Positions 21,946 through 35,470 of a stretch of DNA of 64,000 nucleotides are shown one piece after another. Location of the stretch: contig NC_083440.1 of NCBI RefSeq assembly GCF_020745735.1, forward strand, positions 32,598,468 to 32,662,467. Direction: 5' to 3'. This DNA comes from Hemiscyllium ocellatum. Lineage: Eukaryota. Below the pieces are notes generated by a model that saw nothing but the letters and a program-made list of their open reading frames with translations, had not been told where the DNA came from and ran no database searches. Both the position numbers and the translations under genes were made by a program. How positions within the stretch are numbered: position 1 is the first letter of the stretch; every line of letters begins with the position of its first letter.

Positions 21946-24900
21946 ACTTTGTGAAATTGATCTGTGTTTTCATGCTTTCTGAATTGGTGTTTTCTTTCTG
22001 GTGAGGAGATTGACTCTCTGGATTACTTTTCATTACCAATATTTGTGAAGTTCTTTTGTTTTTCATGAATCATTTCTGCATTTGTTAAACTTACATGACA
22101 CATTTTTCTCTGCTTGATTGAAAACATTACATCCGTTTGTAACGGTCTGAAAAACAACTTAATGCAGAAACCCGGAAGTGTGAGAAATGAAAAAGTATGA
22201 GTTTTTGATGCATTGACTTTAAAAAAACTCCGTTCTAATTGTAAACTAACTGAATTTTGTTTTGTGTAGCCTCATTAAAAATAAAATTTGGGACTAAAAT
22301 CTGAAACTGCAGAATTGATCAGATTACGTAATTGAAACTAACTTAAAATTATAACGTGGTAATATTTGTCCATTCAGTAATTTTGTTTTGACCATGAAGT
22401 GATTAATCAATATATGCCTTCAGCCCCACTCTACTGTGCGCTGCACAAGATTGTCATGATCAGGAAGGGTGTGCAGGTTGGAAATAAATTGAACTATTGC
22501 CAGAAACGTTACAGTTTTAAGTGTTAAATCCCCTCACAAACAAGGTTGCTGTTATGACTTGTTATTTCTATTCAATTTAATCATTACTTTGCTTGATTCT
22601 GAGCAACTTTGTTAGACTTCAATTTGTTTTTTTGTGTGAGGTTGCATCATGTTCTTGGTTCTGTTGAAATTGTTTGCAGAGCTAGTTCTGCTGCAAACAC
22701 ACCGTATTGTGATCTGGTGATCGTTGATCTGTTGAGGAGGGACTGTGCTTGTGTAACATTAAATGTGTTATATTTGGGAAACCGTTTCTGGTTTTTACAT
22801 TGTTTTTGCAATGTTAACACGGTTGGTGACAGTGAACTGCTCTTTGCTCATTCAATGCAATCAGCATGCGAGTTAAAATTTCATAAAGTCTATTATTAAG
22901 TGAAAGGCAAATCGCAAAGGTTTTAGAAATGAAGGGAAAACAGATACCTTCAGGCGCCATTTTTACTTAAAATAAATAATTAAGGATTAATCTAATCCAT
23001 GCTTTACAATCCAAATTCGAAACTCAACTATCTAGTTAAATCACAAGGTTTGTCTTTAAACACTTTACAAGTCATAGAGAAATATAAATAGAATTTCAAA
23101 AGTCTAATGTTCTAATAGTTCTTGCTCTTGAGCAAAAATGCCATGACTGTGCTATAATTGATCAAGAAACACCTTTCAATTCCGCTGTACCCTACATACA
23201 TATTTTTCTGGCTGGAAAAGATCATTGGCAAAGACCAATTTGGAAATTCTGCTCAATTCTATGAAGAACAGATCAGTTTCACTGCTTTGCTCAGTTTCAC
23301 ACATAACTTGAATTAATTAGTTGTTATGTCCCTGATTAAACTGGATTTGCAGGATCAAAATAAAACATGAACTGAATCATTTAACCTGCTAGCTGTTCCC
23401 AATCTGTGCATTTTAAATAAATAGTTATATTCTACAACAAAATATCAACTGAAGAGTCATTCTTCTGGAAACAACTGCTATAGTGAGTTATGTGACCAAG
23501 GCCAAATTTCGAATTAATTAAAGTAATCCAATCATGAACTCGCAGGGCAGCATGGTGGCTCAGTGATTGGCATTGCTGCCTTACAGAAATGCCAATCACT
23601 TATGTCAATTTACTTAGACATCTGTTAAAGTGGGCAACTCCAGACAGAAGCATGTTTTCAATTCATACCTTTTTAAACATTTTAGTTCATTAAAAGCAGT
23701 TAACAATAACCTTGCCCTAATTCCTTCAACAGAAATGCTTTCCACACTGGAATGCAGTATTGACTTTATGCAGTGCTGTATTGTTCTGTGCTGTATTGTT
23801 CTATGTTCTATGTTCTATGCAAAATCTCCACAGTTCAAGGAACACTTTAAGAATATGTAAAAATAATTTAGAGAATAACCGATTTCCTCCAGATCTGTGC
23901 TTTAATTGGCGATATTTCCCACCTCAATAATTTTGTTAAATTCAATTACTTATTAAGTTTAGTAACTCAGTGGTTATTTATGTTCATTGTGAACACATTC
24001 TCGTTCACATTAATCCACTGGTTAGTTCTTCTGATGAGTATTCAATTACAGTGAATATATTTGACGTGAGGAGTTGAGCAATGTATCCTCTAGGATTAAG
24101 TCTGTTGTACAGTTTGTTTCAGTGCTATCTCTGACTAACTTGTCAACGGTCCTGACCATTTGTAAATTGCCCAGTTCGGATACCTGATTCTCAGACAGTT
24201 CAATTTCATCTCGCGCTTCAAAACCACTTTTATCTGCCAGAAATACAATATTCGATTAGGTGCCTCAGAATTGAGAGCCCTGACTAAGTTGTTCCAATCA
24301 GAACGAACATATCAGGAACAAAATGCAGATAGCAAGAGTTTTGAAATTGGTTGTTGGCAACAAGAGATATTTGACTGAGCGAGGCAGAGGGAAATGTGCT
24401 GCATATTTTCTTTGTGCCTCAGTTATGCAGGACATGTTTCGTGGCACAATGCAGAATCAGAATTTTTTTTGCATCTTATTATTTGAAAACCTATTATCAG
24501 CGTTTAATGTCACTGGCAACGGTCATATTACACTTCAAAACATTTTAATCTTTTTCAAACTAAGTAGGCCGTCTGGTGCAGCAACATTCACAGGGGAAAG
24601 TGGAAGGGAGTTTGAGGTTGGAATCTAGTGACAGAGAATTGATGGCAATGCAATTCCTAGTTTTATTGGTCTGTAGTTCCCATAGAGTTTGAACAATTTG
24701 GAGCTGCTGTCAAAGTATTCTTGGATAAATGTTGAAATGTTACTTTCATTGTACAAACATTCTGCAACAATCCCTGTTTGTGGGAAGGTGTTAATAACTA
24801 ACACGGTTTATGTAATGTCAAAACAGGTGAGCTGTGTTCTCCGTGATAGTGTCGAGTTCATTGTGTTCAGGTCTGTTGTGAAGTTATAGTAGGGTCCCTG

Positions 24901-26357
24901 ATTCTGTGCCAGGTGGCCTGTGTTCAGTTACAACCTGTTAGAGAGGTATGTAACACCACCTCTTATCAGGTTACTTCAGTTCAAGAAAGCAGATTGTGAT
25001 GTTTTGGTGTTTGTTGGAATTCCACTCACAGAGGCTAGTGAAATGTATTCAATCGCTGTCCTGACTTGCGTCTCTTAGATATTAAACAGGAGTTTGGTGG
25101 TTAGCAGCTTTTTCCAGATCAATATTTGTTCACAAGCTTTTGGGCATCACTAGATGGGGTTAATGGAGTAAGTGCTCAAAGAAATCTCAGCTTTTGACTT
25201 GCTGTTCTAACGATATCATTTATAACTAATCCAGAATGAATCATTTTCGAAGTATATTTGATGAGATTATGATTAGGCTGTTTTACTTTATATTAAACCA
25301 GTGCTGTAGCTGAATTTGATTGTTCGGTACGGTGAGGGTTCCGCTGAACCCAACACTTGCAGCAGATGGTGATAGCTTTTCAGTTGGTCTTCCATTGCTA
25401 TCTCAGACCATCCAGTACCTCTGCTAAGAATTCTGTTTCCAACAGGAGTCAAGCCAACGCAATCACTTTTTATCTCAACAGGTGTGAGCTCTTGTGCCAA
25501 AAACATGAAAACAATTTGGTGAAGAAGGGGTCTTTGGATGCGAAAGGTTAACTTTGCCTTCTCTTCGCAGGAGCTGCCAGACCTGCTGAGTTTCTTGAGA
25601 AGTTTCTGTCTTTATTTTGGTTTTCTAGCATTTAAAGTTTGTTGTTTCATTGTAAAACGTTCTGTTCGATTAAACACGTTCTTCAGAAAAAAGATGCATT
25701 TGAACAAATTGCGAATGTTCAGAGATATTATTGAATTTGAGCGCCCTGATCTCGAGCTGTAGTTTCACAAGAAACTATTATGAAGTAACAACACACTGCA
25801 GAGTGCAGTGGTTGCTGTAATTGGGTGGAAGTTATTTTGATCACGCAAATAGAGAATGTCAATGATCCCGTTCCAAATAATCAACAGAAGTTTTTTTTTA
25901 AAGCATGTGTGAAACAATTAATTTGTTGAAATATTTTAATAAAAAGTATTCACGGCCAGTGCTAGCTTAATGAATGACACAATGATAGGAAGGTAGGAAC
26001 AAGAGGAGGGCACTCAGACCCTCGAGCTGTTCCACCACTTACTTAGATCATGGTGCATCTGTGAGCTCAATCCACAGGTCTCCCTTTGGCTCAAACTCTT
26101 TAACACCTTTGTTTAACAAGCAAAAACTATCCCAGATTTACTGATTCGACTGCCCATAACAAAGGGAGACACCATTTCTGAAAGACATTTCTGTGAGTAC
26201 TGTGACACAATGAGGCTGGAATTAATTGCTCATGAAAGTAAACTTTAAGTCTCTGACAATTTCCAAGTGAAACATCCCAATCATCATATTTCATTAATTT
26301 AACACTATACTTCCCTGGAATAAAGAAATATAATGTGTGATTGCCTTGCTAAAAATG

Positions 26358-26559
26358 AGGAGAAAGTGAGGACTGCAGATGCTGGAGATCAGAGCTGAAA
26401 ATGTGTTGCTGGAAAAGCGCAGCAGGTCAGGCAGCATCCAAGGAGCAGGAGAATCGACGTTTCTGGCATGAGCCCTTCTTCAGGAAGGGCTCCTTGGATG
26501 CTGCCTGCTCCTTGCACGCTGTCTGACCTGCTGCGCTTTTCCAGCAACACATTTTCAGC
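26358..26559. mobile_element. Family-A hammerhead-type element, inverted pair
   Basis: Minus-strand core CTGAAGA-AGGGC-TCAT-GCCA-GAAA-CGTC; the right half lacks the core. Confidence 0.85.
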
Positions 26560-26660
26560 AGTTGCTATCAATGAGGGAAGCTTCATTCCTATTATATGAT
26601 TAAGAAATAGCTCTGTTCATTCAGTGAAAACACAGTCAAATCACACAAAAAGAAACCATG

Positions 26661-26832
26661 ATTTGGAGATGCCGGTGCGGGACTGGGGTGTACAAAGTTA
26701 AAAATCACACAACGCCAGGTTATAGTTCAACAGGTTTAATTGGAAGCACACTAGCTTTCGGAGCGACGCTCCTTTATCAGGTGATAGTGGAGTGTCGCTC
26801 CGAAAGGTAGTGTTGTGTGATTTTTAAAAAAG
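26661..26832. mobile_element. Family-B hammerhead-type element
   Basis: Minus core CAC-CTGATAA-AGGAGC-GTC-GCTCC-GAAA-GCTA-GTG (26749-26783); GAAACCATG direct repeat at 26652-26660 and 26833-26841. Confidence 0.75.
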
Positions 26833-27379
26833 GAAACCATGTCATCTTGCATAGACACACAAGTGTCTCAAGAAATTTTCAATTCTTCCAGTGGTTGTTT
26901 CAATCTCGAGACAGGTGTGGAAGTGTCAGACTTTTGATATCGCCTTGAGAAACCAGTTGTCATCAGTCTATTTGAATTGCTGAAGTTTGTGTGGTATTAG
27001 CACATTCACAGCGCTGTTAGGAAGTGAGTCCCATGGCTGTGATTGAGGAAGAGGAAACGGGCCAGGAAATAGTTGAGAGTCAAGCTGAAGTCTGATTTGG
27101 AGGAAAGCTTTACATGCATGTGTGCCCTTATCCTCAAGGATCACAATTTTGGAATATGCTGCCGAAGGGACATGTCAGCAAGCAAAATGGAAGCTGAAGA
27201 AGGCATCTCAGCCTCTCTAGAAGGCTATTCCATTCATGGGATCATCATTAATCGTGCTGCTCACCAGTCTTCCCAACACTCGATAACATTGAACCTGATT
27301 GTTTACTGATCAACAAAACAATTATGAATTCTTTTGGAATTCTCCACCACAGAAATTCATAGATTCAAGACTCATAGAT

Positions 27380-27710
27380 TCTTGAAAGCGTTGTCTCAAG
27401 TATCTAGTATGTTGAAGGTGTTTGGCACCTGTACCTTCATTGGTCAGAGCACTGAGTGCAGGAGTTAGGGCTTCATGTTGTAACTGTCCAAAACATTGGA
27501 ATGAACTGCCAGAGGAAGCGGTAAGTGCAGAGATCGGTCCCACATTTAGAAGACATTTGAACAGCTACAGGAACTGGATAGGTCTGGATGGATATGGGCC
27601 AAAGGCAGGCAAGTGGAATGAGTTTAATTTGGGAACTCTGGTCAGCATGGATGGGCTGGACCAAAGGAACTGTTTCTGTGCTGTACGACTTTATGACTCA
27701 CTGACTTTAT
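27380..27710 (+). mobile_element. CR1 3'-end fragment
   Basis: WNELPEEAV...TFRRHL motif and CR1-type 3' UTR. Confidence 0.7.
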
Positions 27711-28326
27711 GGTGGAGTAGGCTCAAAGTTGGAAGGTGGTGAGCAAGTGAGGGGCTAGATTGGGCATGTTGGAGACTTTGGGCTGGTAGGCTGGTTGGCT
27801 GGCTGCTGGGTAAGCTTGTGTGCACTCTGTCTGGCAAGGTGGCATCAAGGTAAATGGTAATGGTCACAGGATAATTTGGTCGAATTGTGCTTGGTAGGTG
27901 AGGGGTAGTTTGAGCTGAAATGCAGGAGGTCTGTCTTTGCCAGGCTGGTTTATGGAGAGGTGGGCAGGATGCCAGACTGGTTAGTGTGGAGGTGGGCAGA
28001 GTGCCAGGATGTTTCAGGGGTGGAAGGTCACTGGAATGAAGTGACAGGTGGACGTGTTGTCAAAATGCAAAGCTCGGAGTCTGGCAAAATGGTAGGTTGT
28101 AAAGCACAGATGCCAAAGGAGCAAGGATGCAATGTGCACAGGTTGTCTTGGCTAAGATGAGAGGTCAGTGATCAAGGGCTGAGGTCATGTCTTGGGTAGT
28201 GGGCTTTTGTCAGAGGTTGTGAAAATGATGGTGCCAGGTCCAGTCAGGGCCAGATTCGCCATGGGCCAGGTGCAGGGTGGCAGGAGTGTAAATGACTGAA
28301 AGGAATTGAAATCATATGTCCATCTG

Positions 28327-29003
28327 GAATATAGAATATAGAACATTACAGTGCAGTACAGGCCCTTCAGCCCTCGATGTTGCGCTGACCTGTGGAACCA
28401 ATCTGAAGCCTATCGATCCTATACTATTCCATTTACATCCTTATGTTTATCCAATGACCTTTTAAATGCCCTTAAAGTTGGCGAGTGTACTATTGTTGCG
28501 GGCAGTGCGTTCCATGGCCCTACTACTCTCTGAGTAAAGAAACAACCTCTGACATCTGTCATCTATGTCCTCTCCTGCTAGCCATCACTATTCAAGGAAA
28601 AAGACTTTCACTGTCCACCCTCTGTTTATCTTTTATGTCTCAATTAAGTCACCTCTCAACCTTCTTCTCTCAAACAAAAACAGCCTCAAGACCCTCATCC
28701 TTTCCTTATTAAACCTTCCCGCCATACCAAACAACATCCTGGTAAACCTCCTTTGAACTCTTCCAAAGCTTCCACATTCTCTCTATAATGTGGTGACCAG
28801 AACAGTACACAATACTCCAAGTGCAGCCACACCAGAGTTTTGTATAGCTGCAACCTAACCTCATGTTTCTGAAACTCAGTCCCTCTATCGATGAAAGCCA
28901 GCACAAAGTATGCCTTCTTAACAACTCTATCAAACTAGCTGGCAACTTTTAGGGATCTACGTACATGGGCACCGAGATCTCTCTGCTCATCTACACTACC
29001 AAT
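28327..29003 (-). mobile_element. CR1 3' fragment with tail
   Basis: Minus ORF 28695-28904 (LYKTLVWLHLEYCVLFWSPHY); tail GAATATAGAATATAGAAC. Confidence 0.85.
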
Positions 29004-29487
29004 ATGGATTGCCTTGGATGTGTTTTGTGTGATAGGAGTTGTGTGTTGTGGGCATGAATGGGTGTATAGCAGGGTAGGGTTTGTCAATGTGAGTGGAAAT
29101 TTAGGTCTAGGCAAAGTAAGTGCAGTGGTTAGTCTGAGAGATGAGGTTTGGTGGTGAACTGCGTATCAGACTGATAGTTATTAAAGTTAAAGATTATTTG
29201 TTCATTTCTCAAATCATATTTACGTAAATACTCAGCTGTAACACTCCAAAGTCTCTGAAACTTAATGGTCCTCCATTTTTCAGAGGCCTCCAGAATTCAG
29301 ATCATTGTAAATGAGATGTTTCAACTTCCAGACAATTGGCCTGAGTTCAGCCGTGACAGCCGTCCTCCCCGTCCCAGTGCTCAGCTCCTGCCTGTGCTGC
29401 TGCTGCTGCTGCTGCAGTGACCTTCCTCCCAGAGAGAACATTCTGCCTTGCATTGATAAGTGAGGAAGGCTCACTGGACCTGATTTC

Positions 29488-29779
29488 CAAGTATGGGGAC
29501 GGCAAACACGAGGGGACACAACTTTAAAGTGAGGGGAGATAGGTATAAGACAGATGGCAGAGGTAGTTTCCTTACTCATTTAGTAGTAAAGGTATGGAAT
29601 GCTTTGCCTGCAATGGTCGTAGATTCGCCAAGTTTAAGTACATTTAAGTTGTCATTGGACAGGCATATGGATGTACATGGAATAGTGTAGGTGGGATGGG
29701 CTTCATATGAGTATGTCAGGGCAGCGCAACATCGTGGGCCGAAGGGCCTGTACTGCGCTGTACTGTTCTATGTTCTATG
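29488..29779 (+). mobile_element. Short 5'-truncated CR1 with (TTCTATG)n tail
   Basis: TRGHNFKVRGDRYK...VWNALP and tail. Confidence 0.88.
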
Positions 29780-29852
29780 ATTCATTCTGATTTCTCTCCG
29801 GGGGTACTGCCAGCTGTTGGGTATTTCCAGCAGCACGGTAGCTAGTGGACCG

Positions 29853-30160
29853 GCACGCTGGTTCTGTGGTTAGCGCTGCTGCCTCACAGTGCTAGGGACT
29901 CGGGTTCCATTCCAGCCTCGGGTGACTGTCTTTGTGGAGTTGGCACTTTCTCCCCATATCTGTGTGCATTTTCTCCCACAGTCCAAATCTGTACAAGCTG
30001 GGGGAATTGCAAATGTTGTGTTCAGTGTTTGGGAGTTTCGGTGCATTAGTCAGGGTTAACTGTAGCATAATAGGGTAGGGGAATGGGTCTGGATGTGCTT
30101 CTTTTCAGAAGGTGGGTTTGGACTTGTTGGGCCAAATGGCCTGTTTGCACACACTGTAGA
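29853..30160 (+). mobile_element. tRNA-derived SINE, older copy
   Basis: Degenerate HE1-like head and body. Confidence 0.75.
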
Positions 30161-30264
30161 ATTTCGATGAATCTGCATTTCCTTGGTGGGATCAGGATGT
30201 TCTTCTTCCTAAATGATATGGCAATGGTCAAGGTCGAGGGCATGTTTCTAAAGAGGGAACCAAT

Positions 30265-30579
30265 GATTAGATTAGATTACTTACAGTGTGGAAACAGGCC
30301 CTTCGGCCCAACAAGTCCACACCGACCCGCCGAAGCGCAACCCATCCGTACCCCTACATTTACCCCTTACCGAACACTACGGGCAATTTAGCATGGCCAA
30401 TTCACCTAACCCGCACATCTTTGTGACTGTGGGAGGAAACCGGAGCACCCGGAGGAAACCCACGCAGACACCGGTAGGACGTGCAAACTCCACACAGTCT
30501 GTCACCTGAGGTGGGAATTGAACTCGTGTCTCTGACGCTGTGAGGCAGCAGTGCTAACCACTGTGCCACCGTGCCGCCC
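30265..30579 (-). mobile_element. tRNA-derived SINE (HE1-like)
   Basis: Full-length copy close to 16423-16733. Confidence 0.92.
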
Positions 30580-30746
30580 ACACTGATCATGATCAGCAAC
30601 TGGTAGGAAACAAAAATAAACTCCAGTTATGCTGTAGACTTCAGCGGGAGCATACTGGCAAACGGTTACAGCTGAGGATACATTTGAGTAACTGATAAGG
30701 TCAAATTAACAGAAACTAACATGATCAATTGGTCATTCTATTGTAG

Positions 30747-31052
30747 AGACACCATCTGCCTCCACGCTGTATGGCCTGGTCTCCTCCTGTGAGGAGCACA
30801 ACACCGATTCTACAATCTTTGGTTGTTTGGTGATGGACTATTCCCCTGACGTCACTAAGGTAACCTGGAAGAAAGGCGTGGAGCTAATCACGGATGGATT
30901 GAAGACGTACCCATCAGTGAGAAACAAGAAGGGAACCTACACCCTGAGCAGCCAGTTAACCCTGCCCGGGTCAGCGGTAGATTGCCCCAGCAAAATCTAC
31001 TGTGAGGTTGAACACAGCGGGTCACACAAGAGCAAAGAAATGCCATGTCTAG
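30747..31052 (+). CDS. IGHM: Cmu1 exon
   Basis: TTGTAG|AG acceptor; [17 protein letters not shown]...[10 protein letters not shown]...VTWKK...IYCEVEH...EMPCL; 306 nt, phase 1-1. Confidence 0.95.
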
Positions 31053-31119
31053 GTACGTATTGTGGGAACTGAGATAAACAGTGCATCTGGGATTAATATG
31101 AATAAGGCATTATTTATAA

Positions 31120-34100
31120 CCATTTTCACAGAATCACCTTATACAGCACAGGAAAAAGGCCCTTTGATCCATCCAGTTTACGCCTATCAATAACAGCCAC
31201 CTAACTATTCCAGTCTCATGTGCCAGCACATGATCCATTGCCTTGTGTGACTTGCCCTTGCAAGGATGCATCTCAATACTTCATACTTATTATGAGGGGC
31301 TCAGTTTCTACATGACTTATAGGTGCTGAGCTCCAGGCTAACACCACCCTCTGTTTGATTTTGTTTTCCCCTGAGATCCACTTGGAACCTCCTGGCCTTA
31401 CCTTCACCCTGTGCCCCTGAGGCATTGATCTCTCCATCAAGGGGAAAGGTTTGATCCAGTTTAACCAGTCTATGCCTAAAATAATTCTGGACATCATGAT
31501 AATCTTCTCCCTAATTCTCCTCTGCTCCAAGGAAAACCCCTGTCTATCTCATCTAGTTTCATAACTAAAGCCCTCCAACCCAGGCAACATCCTGGCAAAT
31601 CTAATCAATACTGCCTTCAGTGTAATCACATTTCTTCGATAACGTGCACACAACGCTTCAGTATGGCCTAACCAGTGTTCTATTAAGTTCCAGTATCATC
31701 CCCCAATTCTTCATTGTTAATGTCGAGGCTAATAAAAACAAATATCCTCCCACCTTCTTAGTTTCTTTATCCAGACGACACAATCCTATAGGGGATCGGT
31801 GGGTACATGCACCAAAGATCCTCAGGCCTTTCTAGGGTTCCACCATTCAAAATGTCATACCTCACAGATTCTTCTGCCGAATTACATCAACTTACATTTA
31901 TCTAGAATAATTTCCAATTGCAACTTCTCTTCACATACAACCAACCCTTTTATATCCTCTTGCAATCTAAAGCCATAATGCTCATTACATACCAACATTA
32001 CAGTTTTCATTTCATCTGTGAATTCACTGGTTAATCCTCCTAAATCTGAGTCTCAATCATTGGTATGTAAGAGAAATAGCAAGGAAATCAACACCAATCC
32101 CTACAGAACACCAGGAGACATAGATTTCCAGTCACGCAGACACCCGATGACTATTATCCCCTGCTCCCATCACTCAGCCAGTTCTAGATCCAATCTGTCA
32201 AATTAACTCGGATCCCATTGGCTCTGATTATTGCTATCATTTTTTTTAAGATTCCCTACAGTGTGGAAACAGGCCCTTCAGCCCAACAAGTCCACACCGA
32301 TCCTCCGAAGAGTAACCCACCCAGACCCACTCCCCTCTGACTAACACACCTAACACTATGGACAATTTAACACGGCCAATTCACCTGGCCTGCACATCTT
32401 TGGACTGTGGGAGGAAACCAAAGCACCCAGAGGAAACCCATGCAGACACGGGGAGAATGTGCAAACTCCACACAGACAGTCACCCGAGGCTGGAATTGAA
32501 CCTGGGACCCTGGTGCTGTAAGGCAGCAGTGCTAATCACTGAGCCACCGTGCTGCCCCGTGCCGCGATGTCATCTGGACATCGAGTTATCTCTCTGAAAA
32601 CTACTATCAAATTGTTACACATGACTTTCTCTCAATAAAACCGTGCTGAAAATTGTTGATTTATCTTCCAAATGAAGACTAATTTCACTTTTCAATAGTT
32701 TCCCTACCACTGTGACTAGCTTGACAGATCTGTGTTCTCATTATTTATCCCTTCCTTTGTCCTGCGTAACAGTGCAATGTTGGCTGATCTACACTCACTT
32801 GGCACAACTGCTGTGGCCAGACAGTAATTCTAAATTATTGTCAGCGACCCAACCATTTCATCCTTTGCATCGCTAAACTGCTTGGTATACTTTTCATCTG
32901 CCCTGGAAATATAACCACTTTTCATTTAGCAAGACAACACAGAACATTACATCATGTGTCCTAATTTCTGAAAGTACATCACAACACCCCTCCATGATTT
33001 CTGTTCCCACATTATCCGTCTTACTAGTGAACACTGACACAACCTAATCCTCCGACTCCACTCCAATAATAACACTTAATGGGCATTACTGTTTCCCGAA
33101 TAATTCTTTTACTACGAATGAGCCTGTAACTTTTAAAAATATTTTCCTTTATTTTGACTGCCATTATTTTCTCATGGTCCCTTTTGCTCTTCTAATTCCT
33201 TTGTCTTTCAAACTCCCCTTTGCACGTTCTGTACTCCATACTAATTTCCATTGTTTTGAGATTTCAGGATAGACTGGAAGCCTCCCTTGTTTCTCTTTAT
33301 CTCACCCTCCATGCCCTTTGGTGTCCAGAGCCCGCTGCATTCTTGGTCCCATTCAGTGGCTTCCTGGGAAATGTCCTCCCTGTGATTTTCCTATCTCTTT
33401 CTTAAATGTGTCACACTGCTCTGACTCAGATTTAACAATAAGTGTCAGCTTCCAGTCCACTCTGGTTAAGTCATTACCTGATCTTACTAAAATTGTCCTT
33501 CCCCTTTTCAGAACTTTGGGCCAATTTCTATTCCTTTGCAGTACAATCTGAAATCCAACTGATTTACGATCACTGTCTGCAAAGTGCACCACCATTGATG
33601 TTTTACCCACTGGGTCGACTTCATTTCCAAAAGTTAAGTTCAGGTTCACCCCTTTCTTGCAAGGTCTGGATTAAAATTCTCTGTATTAACACATACTTTG
33701 TTAAAATATTCTCCTGGGGGCATTTTCAGAATTGTGCTCCCTCTAAACTTTTGACACAATGAATATCCAAGCCTATGCTGAGGAAGTTAAAAACCTCTTT
33801 GCTCATTCCCCTATTTAATTAACATTTCTCTGAAATTTGCCCATATATTTGCACTTGGTCTTTCGTGGTCTATCTTGCTCTCCCAGTAGTTATGTTTGCT
33901 GTATTTTGGTTTAGAAGTACTGTCCATTTGCCTTTGTTCGAGGAGGTATCCATGATTTCATTTCTCTTTACAGCCTAAAATGCTCTTGTCAGAATTGTGA
34001 CAGAAGCAACATTCTGTGCCGTAAACCCCCGCCCCCATTGTTTTCCATCTTTCCCTGTCTCGCCAGAAGGCACTAAATCCTGGAATATTGAATAGCCACT

Positions 34101-34330
34101 CTTGCCCGGCTCTCAATATGTCTCCGTGATAGCAACCACAACATTTCCTCATTTATGGCGATATTTCATCTGCCTTGTTCATTAGACTCTGTCATTAAAA
34201 CGAATACCATCCAACGTTGCTATCTCCCTTCTGATGTTACCAGCCTATTGTTTCTATGCCTCCTTGACTCCCTTGCTGTGTCCTATAATTTTAGCCTTTC
34301 ACATTGTCCTGATGATCTTTCTGTGTGGAT
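31120..34330 (-). mobile_element. Long degenerate CR1 (3' end to endonuclease region) in the Cmu1-Cmu2 intron, with a nested SINE
   Basis: Scattered minus-strand CR1 peptides (e.g. 31273-31530; QEWLFNIPGFSAFWRDR at 33958-34152). Confidence 0.65.
32248..32557 (-). mobile_element. tRNA-derived SINE
   Basis: HE1-like head and body. Confidence 0.88.
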
Positions 34331-34460
34331 CCCTGCTTCTCCAGCACTCTGCACAATTATGATTCTTGTATCCATTTACCACAAGAAACCTTGATATATG
34401 AGAACTGATTGTATTTGTTACGAAATTCATCAGATAATTTATGCGATGTGTTTCCTAAAG

Positions 34461-34772
34461 GTACAGGTCCTCTCCCACCAACTCTTCTCCTAACTGTGAG
34501 CTCCAGTGAAGAAATCGCAAGCAGCAAGTTTGCAACCATTGTCTGTTCAATCATCGATTTCCATCCGAAGTCAATCTCCGTGAGTTGGTTGAAAAATGGC
34601 CGACTCTTGGATTCTGGCTTCTTCACATCTCCCGTGTGTGAGGCGAACGGGAACTTCTCGGTGACGAGTCGGCTGAAGGTCCCTTATGGTGAATGGTACA
34701 ACAGCGCAGTCTATACCTGCCAGGTCACTCATGAAGACAACATTCAAAGTATAAACATCACTGCACTCCAGG
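34461..34772 (+). CDS. IGHM: Cmu2 exon
   Basis: [42 protein letters not shown]...YTCQVTH; 312 nt, phase 1-1; an alternative acceptor at 34467 is possible. Confidence 0.94.
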
Positions 34773-34989
34773 GTAAGAGACACATACTGAGAGAGCTACA
34801 AATCACTCTGAACTCTGATGTGAATCAAACACACTAATTTATCAGGCGTAGTAAACAGCAAGGTACAGCTTCTCATTTCCCAACATATCACGTATCTCAT
34901 TTCAGTTTGAGTGTTACATTAGCATTGCTCATAATTGAACATTTTGGCAAGTCAGAAAAGCATGTTTCCTTTCTGTTGAAGATAGATAT

Positions 34990-35470
34990 ATAGACAGTAA
35001 GCTTTGTTAAATAGTTTGTTGCCTGACCTTGCTGGGAGAGGCTGAATCCTTGCCTGGTAGTGGCTTCAAGGATAAGTTTGGGGGTGGAGGGGGGATATTG
35101 GAGAGATATCTAATTGAAACATAGAAAATACTGAGAGACTGAGGTCGAGTGAACGTGGAATAGATGTTTTGACTGGTAGGCGAGACTAGGACCCAAGGGC
35201 ACAGTCTCAGGGTCAAAAGGGCACCATTTAGAACTGAGATGGGGAGGAATTTCTTCAGCCAGAGAGTGATGAATCTGTGGAACTTGTTGCTGCAGAGGGC
35301 TGTGGAGACTAGGCCATTGTGTATATTCAAGCCAGAGATAGTTCAGCTATTGTTTATTGTGGGGAGAAGACAGTAGAATGACTTTAGCCCAAAACGTCGA
35401 TTTTCCTGCTCGACGGATGCTGCCTGACCTGTTTTGCTTTTTCAGCAGCATTCTGATCTAAACTCTGGAT
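34990..35470 (+). mobile_element. CR1 3' fragment followed by a core-less family-A monomer
   Basis: TRTQGHSLRVKR...FFSQRVMNLWN; AAAACGTCGATTTTCCTGCTC at ~35391. Confidence 0.7.

Noticed and set aside
29395-29415. (CTG)n as a polyQ coding remnant
   Set aside because: Short microsatellite; the ORF spanning it is chimeric with an antisense CR1
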